Assembly: GCF_009834535.1 (NCBI RefSeq)
Contig: NC_045697.1
Location: 47,618,001 to 47,682,000, forward strand
DNA from: Camelus ferus
Taxonomy: Eukaryota
Length of the DNA stretch: 64,000 bases
Direction: 5' to 3'
The notes under the pieces were generated by a model that was not told where the DNA came from, ran no database searches, and worked only from the letters and a program-made list of their open reading frames with translations. The translations under genes and the position numbers were made by a program. This document shows positions 51,711 to 64,000 of this stretch, piece after piece (the first letter of the stretch is position 1; every line of letters begins with the position of its first letter).

Positions 51711-54630
51711 AACAACAGGTGCAGATTTACACAGACATGCACTGTATTCCCAAGGAAAAATGAAGTCACCCTTCTGTGAGGAAAAATGTTAGATGCATAA
51801 TCTTTTAGGTAATGTGCTTCAAACCCAAAGTCATTTAAGAAATATAAAATATATCTGAGGTGAGATTACATTCCCAGTGGCTAATTCATACAAAACCTGG
51901 GTCAAAGCAGATGACTACTAGAACCTGACTCAGAATAGGTCAGAATTTCTTTCTCTTTATTGTTACAGCACATGCCTCTGAAAATTGGCAGTAGTCTGCC
52001 AACTACAGTTTACACTTAACCCAAAAGGCAATGATACGTAGGTAAGGGAAAAATAATTTCATTCTCAAGCACGATGTCATATATCTTCCCTGCTGAGTTA
52101 AGAAAACAGTATCAGCTTCAGGACACAGAGTAAACAAAAATGACAACTTCACAAAGTCAGCGGCTACTGTTTATTGACCACTTATGCCGACAGGAAGTGC
52201 TGAGAGGAGAAGGCACTTGTGGGTAAGTGCAGGAGAGTGACCTAGTTTGCTCCCTGACCTCTGCCCTCATCCCGGAGGGCTGGGCCCAGCAGAGACGGAA
52301 GTAACCGCACATCAGCACTACGCAAAGCTCTTACAGGCATGATGACCCTATGAAGCTGGCACTGTTATGGTCATAACTATTCCCACTTAACAGATGAGGA
52401 AACGAGATGCGATAGATTGAGTGATTGGCTCAAATTCACAAACTTCTAAGACCTAAGAACTTGGGCTCTGGAGCCAGGCTGCTGGACTTGAATCTTGGTG
52501 TCACCATTCATTAACAGTGAGTCTGTTATCAAGTGATGGTGTCTGTGTCTCAGGTTCTTCATCTGTAAAGTAGGGATAATAACGTACTAAACAAATAGGG
52601 TTATTGAAAGGATCAAATGAAATGATGTACTAAAAGAGATCTGGAACTTACAGTGAAAGGCTCATTAATTTACGTTCTCATGTAATTATTTTAATCCAAC
52701 TGCTTTCTATAATGTCACAGGCATTGAGCCAGTATCTTCTTTTTTGTATTTTATTTTTTATTGAAGTGTAGTTGATTTGCAATGTTAGTTTCAGGTGTAC
52801 AGTAAACCAAACAAATATCTTCTAAACATTTCCTAAGTAGCTTGACTTTCCCATCTTCCCACTCTGGCCAACACAGGTAAAACAGAGTGAAATTACTAGT
52901 TAGTCAGGACCCTAGCAGTGAAGACTCAGGATGTTGCATTAGAAGAAAGGAATGACACCACAGATTGCATTTTCAAGACTACATAGGTCATTGGCAAAGC
53001 CTCTTCCTTTTCACTCAGACCTCAGATGGCCACATCAGTTCAGCAAATGATGGCTCTAAGGCACCTGTCATCTCTACTCTCTCCAGATGTGGCATGCTTA
53101 CACTGGGCATCAAATTCTCCCCTTCATCTCAACTATTTCCTCAGTGACCCTAGACTCCAAAATAGTCTGGTATACCTTTTAGCAGCTCTCAGTCACTGGA
53201 CCCTACTTATTGAACTCCACACACGGTGTTCTAAAAACGTGGAATAATTTCTCACTTTAATTCACAGAAACATAATTTTTCTTCCTACTAATTCAAAACT
53301 AAATTTACTGGGGCCCAGGAAGTATTCCTCAGTTTGCTCACATATCTGTCTTCCTACTAGACTATGACTCTTCCAGGAAGGAGAGCTTGTTTTATGCTTG
53401 TTGAGCCCCTTGCCCTAGCATAATTCCTGGGTGTTGGCTGAGAACTTGCTTATCCTCAAGAAAATATCTGTCCCCATGACTCAAGATACCCCAGTTGATG
53501 TGAGGTCTTGAGAAAACAATGCTTAAATGATGTCACTACAAAATTTCCATAATGTTGAAGGTTATTATTTCACTGGAATCAAACTACAATGAAAATGTTT
53601 CTTCATCTAGGCATTGGATTTGTCCAAAAAAACTGCCTTATATTAATGTCCTTAGAGAGTAAATAATTTATGGTTAATTTTAAATAAAATGAGCCCTCTA
53701 CCAAGGCCTAGATAGATGGCCATATATTTTTCAGGTTTAAAACTTTACAAATCAATTTCTATGGTGCCATAAAATTGCTTTATGAAGGTAGGGATACTGG
53801 AGTTCCTCAATAGCTAAAACTCTGGATAAAGCCATAAAGTCCAAAGAAATAACATTGTAAAGTAAATTGTACAGATTTTCCATGTTACTATAGCAATTCC
53901 ATCACTTTATAATCCTCTCTTCCAATCTAACACACTCTGCAAAAGAAACAGTCTTAAAATAGTTTTTCACTAGACTACAGATTAAAGGATTAGATTACAA
54001 CAAACCTAAAAAGCAATCAAAATATGATCATTTTAAACGGCTTTCAAATTTTTCAATAATAAAGTGAATAAAGTGTTCTTGCAGATAATATATTGCCTCC
54101 ATCCTCAAATATCTTAAAGTAAGAGCAAGGGGCTTTGAAAAACTACAACAAAAAATAATTCACTTGGTTAAGTATTTATTGAACACTTGTTTAATGCTAA
54201 AAATAAACAATGAATACATCCCTCATCAGTACGCAAATTTCTTGGGGGAAATTATAGTATTTTATAATAGCACTATATCAACTGTCAACTTAAATTTTCT
54301 TTCATCTGTATGGTACAATAACCCTACTTTAATTATTGATTAATTCATTTCATTTTAAATCCCCTGGGCTTCTTAGGCCAAAAATGAGAAAGAAGAAATA
54401 AAGCAACCCCAAAGCTATGCTTTCAAATTACAAACTAGTATGTAGAATACAATACTTTTTTATAATTAAAATATATTTCTGGTCATGGAAACAAAGTATG
54501 GAATTAAACAAACTAGTAAGTGAAGGATGGTCACTCCTGGGTGGGGATTCTTGGTGATTTTTTGTTTTTTTCCTTTATGCTTATCCATATTTTCTATTTT
54601 TTCAGTAACAAAACATGTAACTTATGTGAT

Positions 54631-54827
54631 TTTTTTAAAAGTTGAAGTATAGTTGATTTACAATGTTGTGTTAGCTCCTGGTGTACAGCATAGATTCAGT
54701 TATACATACGTATATATATTCTTTTTCATTGTAGTTTATTACAAGCTATTGAATATAGTTCCCTGTGCTGTACAGTAAGACCTTGTTGTTTATCTATTTT
54801 ATATATAGAAATTTGTATCTGCTAATC
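54631..54827 (-). mobile_element. 5'-truncated L1 3' end
   Basis: gttgaagtatagttgatttacaatgttgtgttag motif. TSD aacttatgtgat at 54619-54630 and 54828-54839. Confidence 0.85.
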
Positions 54828-56182
54828 AACTTATGTGATCTTTTAAAGCTACTTTCAAAATACAAGGATGAAGAACAAAAAAAATATGGTGCCCTTTTCC
54901 CTGCCAACCTTAGGTAGACAGAATCTGGGCTTTGGAGTTGAACTGGCATACGGGGAGGGGAATTAAATAAAACCAAACACCTTACAATGAGCCGTTTATC
55001 TAAACTTCCTGAGTTATCCCCAATCTTCTTGCACTCAGTAAGATTTTTAAAAATTAACTGTGTTCTCTACTTGTCCCTCAAAGCAATGAAAGGACCAATA
55101 TTCCACTGGGCCCCATGTTGTCATTTCTGGAGGTTCATTTTCCTGACAAGTCTGGTTTTCAGGAAAGACAATCCATATAAAAGGGTTTTTTGACCCAGCT
55201 CCAGTTCGGGCACAGAAATAATGGTTCTTGTTTGTCAAGGAACCATAAAGAAACGAATCAATAACTTTCATAGGGTTATTTTAGAATTCAATTCTTTCCC
55301 CAAGTGCCCTTCCTCAGACAGCTTAGATAAACAATACCTTTTTCCTTTGGTCTCATTTTAAAGTTCATATGAAGCTCCTTATCCAGCCTCAAATAAAACA
55401 GAACTGAGGACACTTACTGTTTAGAAAAGATACGAGTCCGTGTATTTACATTAAATTCTCCCCTTTCAGGAGGGATAAATCCAAGCCAACACCAACTGAA
55501 AGAGAAAATCGGTGAACCACTTCCTGTTTGAGATCTATTTCAAAGGCTTACTCCACATAATACCCCCTGATGGAGTTTCTTGCTTCGCACACCAAAGGCC
55601 TAAGTAGTTTCCCTTTTCAGCATCCGGGGTGATTAGCTTGTACCTGATCTCTTCCTGCTGTTGTCTTAAAATGATAAACCTGAAGGCATCAGCCATAAGA
55701 GGACCAGCTTAGCTACAGAAACAACAGCATGAATCACAGATGAAAAGATAGCTGTTATATATAACTGAAAATGTCTTTGTTCAGTTGGCTGACAAGAGAC
55801 CCTGAACAGCATGGCAGGTTAACATCATGTTCTTGTACATATGTGCTCTTAGAATAGTGTAGTAACACCAGTGGAGGCAGGGAAAGGAAAGGAAAGGAAA
55901 GGGAACAAGCTTCTGCCAAGTGCCAGTACTTCTCCAGGACTTCCACATGCTCACCATCTCAGGGCCCCTCCAGCATCCTGTGGGCAACGCATCACTACAC
56001 TAATTTTATCAATGAGAGAATAGGGGTGAAAAAGCTAAGTGATTTGTCCAGAGTACATCTAGTAATGGGTAGATCTGGGTTTCAAACCCATCCTTTTTCT
56101 TCTATGCTATATTGTTATCATATAACATCAATAACAATGAATGTTTAGTTATAAATATGCCTTATTTTATATATGTAGTGTG

Positions 56183-56214
<32 letters not shown>

Positions 56215-56995
56215 TATACACACACATACACATATACATGTATAGACAGACAGACAGATATTATAGAGCTGTCCTACCATTTCAAGTCACTCCTACTTCC
56301 ACGTTCTCACTTTAATAGATCAACAAGGTGAGGCAAGCTAGGGCAGTGCTGCCAACTTTACAGAGGAAAGGACTGTGAGGTTAATTGACTTACCTGCCTA
56401 ACAGGCACCCCATGCCTCTAACAGCACACTCCCACCTCTCTTAATCTAACTTCTGCACATCTTCTCAGTCTCAAATGAAATAGCATTTCTCCAGGGAGGT
56501 CTTCTCTGACTCCTTGACTAAGTCAATATTTTCCTGTCTCACGTTCCCAAAGCTCCCCCTGCTTTTGCAAAGCCAGTCTTATTCCTCAAAATTCCATCTC
56601 GCATAGAAAAGAAAAAGGAGAAAGAGAGTACCTTTTGGGTTCCAGATTTTTTGGCACATTCACATCTTTCATATTTCTTCCTAAAATATTTTGAGATACA
56701 TATTACCATCATTCTTATTTTATAGATAAGGAAACCAAGGTTCCTAGAGGTTAGGAAATATTCCCAAAGCTTCTAAGTGATTGTACCTGTATTTGAACCA
56801 ATGTCCATTTGATTCTGAAGCTTATGTTTTTCCCATCATACTCACCTCTATACCCACAGCCTTGGTCTATGACCACAAGGTTATATACCACACTAACTCA
56901 AGTAGCAATGCCATTGTGGTAGAGTGGATAAACTTGGGTTCAAATACCAATTCAATTACTCCCTAGCTTTGGGAAGTTAGACAAATCTCTTAGCT

Positions 56996-57016
56996 TTTTA
57001 TTTTTTACATTATTAT

Positions 57017-57087
<71 letters not shown>

Positions 57088-57174
57088 TTATTAATGGCGG
57101 TACTAGGGATTGAACCCAGGACCTTGTGCATGCTAAGCATGTGTTCTAGCACTGAGCTATATCCAGCTCTTCTC
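56996..57174 (-). mobile_element. tRNA-derived SINE, camelid Vic-1-like, inserted in a MIR
   Basis: Reverse complement of the same tRNA-like head. Tail expanded into (TAC)n. TSD ctcttagct at 56987-56995 and 57175-57183. Confidence 0.85.
57016..57087. repeat. (TAC)n microsatellite in SINE tail
   Basis: Long trinucleotide run; source of the poly-Ser ORF. Confidence 0.95.
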
Positions 57175-59049
57175 CTCTTAGCTCTCTGAGTCTCCATTTC
57201 TTAATATGTAAACTAAGGATAAGATAGGACCCAATAGGGTGACAGTGAAGATGAAACAAACTAATGTACTTACTTAGCACAGTGACTGGTGCAGAGAAAA
57301 CACTTAATAAATGTTACCTATGAGTTCAGTCCCTTGTCACAATCTTAACTGGTTGTCACGGTATTTTCTGTTACAGAGGGAACAGTTGTAGCATTTAGAG
57401 CTTTAGAAAATCTCCCAGCTTCCAGGATAATGGGAAATTAACTTTCCCACAGCTCAAATGTTTACAAAATGTTCCACTATACAGTGCTGTGGAAACTATA
57501 CTTCTAGAATAGTATACAAAAAAAAATAATAAACTCTTCAAAATATAGAATACAATACCCAGCGAATGTGCTTCACATTCCAAATTCTGAAGCAATGGAA
57601 ACACAGGCTTAGCTCTTCTATTTTTACACCCAGCTTTCCATTTGTTCTAACATAATCGTGTTATAGCGAAAGCCCAACCTAAGAGAACTCCAGTGACAAA
57701 ATAAACCTTATAAATTCCTAGAGATGTTAACCACATTAAAAGTTCTATAATGAATAAAAGTCTGCCTCATATCTCCATTTTAAGTAATCCAGGAACTAGG
57801 GAGACTCTAGTAGAGCCTGTAATTGCTTTATTTCCCTCTAACAATTCAGCTCTTAAAGACTTCATTTCCTATTCCTAAGGCAAATGGAGAAAAAAATCAA
57901 ACATTCAGAATGTTTACACATGAAATTAAATTATAGCTATACCCTTATCTCTCATATTAAAATTATTTATTTTCTTGTCTTCCTCTGCCACTACATCATT
58001 ATCGTTCCTTCTGTCATCAGTTGTTTAGTCATCTGTCTCCCTCCCCAAGAGTAAGGACAATTTCTTTATATATAGGTAGCTGTATATTCCCATAGTGACT
58101 GATACATAGCAGGCACTTACGATGTTGCTGACTGTGTTAATGAATGGATGGATGGGTGGATAGATAGATGTTCCCAAATTTAAATAATTGCTGGCAATTT
58201 TGTGATATCATTGCCGAAAGTCAAACACACAGACAACAGTACTTCCTTCTCCATGCTGCCCTTGCGGCTGCAGGAGCCATTTTCAATATAGGCCGTTTGA
58301 GATCCTGCCTTCTAGACCTATGTTTCAGTCAAGAGTTTTGCTCTAAAAGGGCCTCTCTATTTCTGACAGAAAGCTAGGCTCATCTACCTGATGCTACTGT
58401 GGTCTGGCACGCCAAAGCTGTATCATAGCACTTGAAGCTGTGCGGCATGTCCTTGGTCCCTAACTTTTTCCTCTAGCCAGATCTCTTGGCAGCTGGCCTA
58501 GTTAAACTGGCCACCCAGTAAATGGCTGAGAGTTGGACTGACACTCACGTAAAGCCACATCCTACTATGTCTGTGGTCAGGCTCAGCCAAGACCCTGAGT
58601 CAAAGACTTTATCACTGATGACCCAGCCTCACTAAGTAAAGTAGGCTCCTCAACAGGGACTATGCCACCCCAAGAGGCATTTAAAAATCTGCTCTGAAGA
58701 ATGAAGGTGGGGTGCTACTGGCATTTAATAGACAATAGACAGGGATCATAAATTCTAGATGTTGTGTGGTGAGCATTCCTGCACCAAGAAAAAACTGTTT
58801 CCACTACCACATGACTTTCAAATGTCCCACAAAACATTCATGTCAGTGAAAAATCTGTTTATAGTTATCTGATTACATATCCTAACTCAATTTTACACAC
58901 AAACACAAAGAATTTATTGAGTGGTAATAATATACACTGAGTTGTCCAGGAACTTAACCACCATGCAACTCAAAGAAACATTGTATATTATTCTGTTTAG
59001 AACTTTATGAAGATAACAGAAGACAATAGAACATATATCGGAGATTTTT

Positions 59050-60560
59050 TTAAACTATAAATACTTCGTCGGATTACCAGTATTTATAAACACAATTAAT
59101 TCGAAACTCCACAACAGAACACAAACAGATGAGATTAATTTTACTTAACTGAAGACTGGATATAACTAAAAAAAATTAGTAAACAGGAGGGTAAGTAATA
59201 GCAAATACTCAGACTGAAGCACTGAGAACAGAAAGTATGGAAAAGAGCATGGGAGACACATGGAACATGTTACAAGGTTTAAAATATATATGAGCAATCG
59301 AGTCCTGAGAAAGAAACGATACAAAATAGGCAGAAACAAATTTTTCAAGAAATAATAGCCAATAATTTTCCAAAATAGAAGAAAATAATCAAACCATAGA
59401 TTCCAGAAGTGCTATGAATATCAAGCAGAATAAATACAAGGAAAATAATATCTAAGCACATCAGAGTAAAACTACAAAAAACTAACAGCAAAGAGAAAAA
59501 TCCTTTTTCTCCCCCAACTGGTCCCTACCTTCCCCACCCCCAGCCCCTGGCAACTACTTTTCTACTCTCCGTTTCTATGAGTATGGCTTTTTTTTTTTTT
59601 TGGATTCCACATATAAGTGATAACATGCAGTATTTGTCTTTCTGTCTGGGTTATTTCACTTAGCATAATGCTCTCCAGGTTTATCTATGTTGTTGCAAAT
59701 GACAGGGTTTCCTTCTTTTTTTTAAGAGTGAACAATATCCCATTGTACATTTATATACCACATTATCTTTATTCATTCATCCATCAACAGACACTTAGAT
59801 TGTTTCCACAGAGAAAAATCTTAAAAGCCATAGAGGAATTATCTTCAAAGATAAATGCTAAAACTGACAGCTAACTTGTCCATCAAAAAATAGTGAAAGT
59901 CAGGAGGCAAATCTCTAAAGTGAGAAACAAAAACCATCACCATCTTAGAATTCTATACCAAGCAAAAATATCCTTCAACAATGAAAGTGAAATACAGATG
60001 TTTTAAATTAATAAAACCTGGGAGAATTTGTAATCTCCAAACTCAAACTTAAAAAAAAAAACTAAAGTTAGTTCTTCGGGCAAAAGGAATATGATTCTAG
60101 ATGGAAACACAGTAATGTAGGAAGGAGTTTAGAGTAATCAAAAGGGCAAACATGTGGATAAATCTAAATAAATAACTGTAAAAGCAAAAATGATAACATT
60201 TTGGGCGATTTAAAATATATGTAAGCATAAAATGCATAATAACAATGACACTTAAGCTAGTAGAGGGATAAATTAAGCTGAAGTGTTAAGGTTCTAGTAG
60301 TAGGTGGGAAGAAATATTACATATTTTAATCACTAGGATAACCACTAAAGGAATAATAAAAGCATGCATAACTAACAAGCTAATGGGAAATTAAATATAA
60401 AAATATTAGATTGATCCAAAAGATGAAAAGAGAAAAAAAAAAAAGAAAAAGAAAACAGAAGTGACAAAAAAAAAACAACTGTAAAATAGCATATATAAAC
60501 CTTAAAATATCAGTGATTACACTGAATGAAAATGTGAAAAGATAAAGATTGTCAGACTGG
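59050..60560 (+). mobile_element. Old degraded L1 ORF1 region with a younger antisense L1 fragment inserted at 59503-59809
   Basis: A-rich ORF1-like motif (cttagaattctataccaagcaaaaatatccttcaacaatgaaagtgaaata). The insert is flanked by agagaaaaatc at 59492-59502 and 59810-59820. Confidence 0.7.
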
Positions 60561-63500
60561 ATGAAAATGGGGCAGTATATTCAATACTGAGTGCTTTTAT
60601 TATAAAATATCAACTGGATTTCCCAAAGATAAAATCTCAATATGCACATATGTATATCTGTATGTATTTATACACCTTCCTTATTCAAAATAGGATTTCA
60701 CAGACTAGATCATTTAAGAATGTGATTCACCAAGAATTTATTGAGGATTTATAATTGTGCTAAACAATATGGGAGATGCAGAAAAATATAACCCAAACCA
60801 GATACAGTACAGAAGAATACAGCCCAGCCCCGTATATTTGCCCTTGAACTTGAAATACAGTTAAGGAAGCAAGACTTTTGAACACTCAGGGAACAAAGCA
60901 AAAGAAAATAACTGGAGAGAGAACCTAGTGTAGAAAAAGAGCACAGGACTGAGCATCAGAACCTGCTTTTATCAAGCTGGGTCCTCTAGACAAGTCACTT
61001 GCATGGGTCTCCAAGTCCTCCTTCATAAAATTCAGAGATTAGATTACATCATCCATAACCTAGAGATGAATTTTTGAGTCAAACAACTTCAGGCTGGACT
61101 CTAGATCCCTGCCGTAATAATTATAGAACCTTATTAAGCAAGATAATTATCCTGACCCAGCCTCTGTTCCCTTTTACGTGGGGAAAAAAAGAAAAGAAAG
61201 ATAACAAAACCTACTCTGGAGGAGTACCAGGAGATTAAATTGGGTAACACAGTTCTTGGCACAGTGCCTAGCACTTACAGGGTAGAGCAGAGGCTCCCAG
61301 TTCTCCCGCCTCAGACCTTTCCTGTAGCCAGACGCATCGCTACATGACCTCTGTTATTCTGAGGGATCACTACACCCCTTCGCAGAATTTATGAATTTAG
61401 CAGTTCATCAGCTGCTAGATTTATCTCATGAGTGCATCTCATGGCCACGTCCATCGATATACCAACCACTCCTCATTATGAGGTTAGAAAGCTAACTTTT
61501 CAAAATATGATACCATAGAGACAATTGCTTTAAAATAAAAAAATAAAACATACAACTTCCCAAACCCCATCGTCGAATGCCCAGTACACAAGTTATGTCC
61601 ATACAATACTCACAACTACTATTTACTGAGCAACTATTACCCACATGTATTACATACGTTTGTGTGTATATATAGGTGCACGTATGTGGATATGTATATA
61701 CATGTTACATACATAGTTACATATGTTGTGTTTTTATATGTGACATTTAATTCCACCCAAATCTTGTAAAGTAGTTATTATTGCTGTTTCACCAAAAAAA
61801 AAAACCTTAAAGAAACTATTTGGTCAGTCATCAAAAACTGGTGAAGCTAGGATTTGAAGCCAAAACTTCTTAGTTTCAAGAACCATGCTCTCTCAACTGA
61901 AAATGATAGTTCTGAAGAGAACAGCTCTCAACAGGTTTGAGCATAACTGATCAACAGACCTAACTGACTTTCGCTGCTGTTGCCACCTACACCCCATCTC
62001 ATTGCGGCTGGCGAGGATTTCGGGGAGGGCAGGAATCAGGGACCAACAGGGGCACCATCTTACTCTCCACATCTTACTAAAGATCTTATGCTTCTAAGGG
62101 AAACAAAAACAGTCTCTCCTCTAGAAAGGTTTGAGGAAGCTTTCTCTAAAGCCACAAGGCATAATAAAATAATAATGATACAGTAACAAAACTATACCAG
62201 ACAATACTGCTCAGATCAACTTTCTCAATCTCGGCAAATGAGAAGAGTTGAATAATTACTCAGCTGCCGCTGTTTCCATTTCCTGGGTTCATAGAGGAAA
62301 TGTTTTTTCTAAATTTCTAAGTCAGAGACAGTAAACCAGTTTTATCACTTACACCAGCTCTGGAAACAGCGATGTAAAATGTTGAGGATTCTGAAGCTTC
62401 ATCCAGGTAGGTTAAATGAGAAAGATTACTCTTGTCTGCCATTGGCTCAGGGTTAAATTAGAGGGAAGAGTGGAAGTTACCTGGGCCATATGTTCCCAGA
62501 TGCTAGACCCAACATAAATCTACCCTAAAACATTGCTCACCACTGTTACTTGACTCATGGATTCAAGTGGAAAAGAAAAGAAAAGGGGAAAAAGAAAAAA
62601 ACTGGCTGTGCCAAACACCGAGGTGATCAACTTTAATGATGAACTAATCAACTACATTTTACCTTCCTTATTTTTCCATTCAGCTATTCAACTGTTTCCA
62701 AACATGTAAACCTTTCCTCACTCATAACTAGTTTACAAAATGGGCTTCTGTTCTACGGCAGCTACTGTTCCCAAGAACACCTGGGCACAGGCCACAACTG
62801 GCATATATGAGGTTGGCATCTTCACCTCTGGGAACGTGGATCCCACCCCCACTCCAAACCAAGAGGAAATTAACTGCCAGTTCTGATGGGAATGACATAT
62901 TGACTAAGTACTTAGACGGAGCAATCCACTCCCGCAGTCAGCAAAATACACAGTGGTTGTATTCTCTAACAACACAAGAATGCTTGATTAGATTTGCTTC
63001 AAGCCTCCTGTTTGCCAGGAAGCCACTGACAAGAAGCAGGTATCGGGTGTCTCCGAGGAAGACCCTCCCAGGGTTCCCTGTTAAATCCAGAGGCAGAACC
63101 CATAGCAATTACACTTCTGGTACAATTACCAGCATCATGCACTCCCTGCCAACTGAGGAGACTTGGCAGCTGAATAATACAGCTTTCATTTTACATTTTC
63201 ACTCCAATTAGCTGACAGTACTAGTCAACTGGCTGAACAAAACAAAATGCAAGGGAAGTTGAAAGGTTCCTATGTGAGTTACAGAGCTGTGCCTTCGAGG
63301 ACAATGATGAGATGAAAGGGACTGAAAAGAGAATTAGGGGATTCACCACAACAAAAGGGCAGGCGCAGACAATCCACTGGTGGGATGTATGGTTTAAAAG
63401 GTACATGGGAGATATTTAAGCTTAACACCCATCCCAACTACTGTTTGTTTGAGACTAACGGCACAAGAATTAAATTGCTGCTGCTGCAAGGTCTGGCTGG

Positions 63501-64000
63501 GACTTGTTAACATCACACAGCATAGACATGCAAAAGCATACATTCTCCTGAAAACTTCTAACCTCTATTCTGCAACACAGTCAACATTTACAGATAAGTC
63601 ACTGAGCTGAGCAGAAAGTTCCACTAATACTTAGGAGCCCTTAAAAAAAGTAGACCATGAGTTTCCAGGGGAGCTCAGAGTCTTGTCAATGAGATGAAAT
63701 GCACACAGGAAACTAGAAGATCATACAGTGGATAGTGGGGAGGAGTACCACTATGGTTGCAGTAACATTGAGTAACTGAACTATTAGAATCTGCGAACCA
63801 GTGCCAGAATCCTAAGTGAATCCCACAGAGGGGTTCTAATAGATTCCGCTGGAGTCCTCACAGGTTCTGGCTGGATAACTCCAAGAACGCTTCCAAAATT
63901 GAGCAGAATCAAGCAGTGCCTCAGGCTCAGTAATTGTCCAGATTGAACCTGGGAAAGGCTCCACGGTGCTGCTGCCCTGTTCCCTATATTCTTCCGGAGC

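Noticed and set aside
56952..57197. Poly-Ser ORF, and similarly the FCFCFC, YIYIYI and FIYL repeat ORFs
   Set aside because: These are translations of microsatellites.
48361..64000. FRAS1 exons 1-2 or promoter
   Set aside because: No CpG island and no signal-peptide or ACVYQ-like exon seen; the region is consistent with intron 2.
1..64000. CRISPR array, operon or other prokaryotic system
   Set aside because: The window is mammalian intron/exon sequence with no regularly spaced repeat-spacer structure.

Overview
Mammalian genomic DNA, most likely a camelid judging by two Vic-1-like tRNA-derived SINEs and cetartiodactyl-type L1 3' ends. The whole window lies inside the FRAS1 gene on the minus strand. 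I read 12 consecutive coding exons (equivalent to human exons 3-14, 48360 to 5010, 1429 nt), all with AG/GT splice sites and compatible phases. They encode the VWC repeats and the first two furin-like cysteine-rich repeats. The rest is intron, filled with L1, L2, MIR, LTR, DNA-transposon and microsatellite sequence; nearly all ORF-track entries are spurious or L1-derived. The most notable feature is a ~1.2 kb fossil DNA transposon at 49126-50340, with ~90 bp terminal inverted repeats and a frameshifted FLYWCH-zinc-finger plus MULE (Mutator) transposase. A nested, rearranged L1 cluster lies at ~31-36.9 kb. Exon numbering, human comparisons and repeat family names come from my recall and were not checked against any database.
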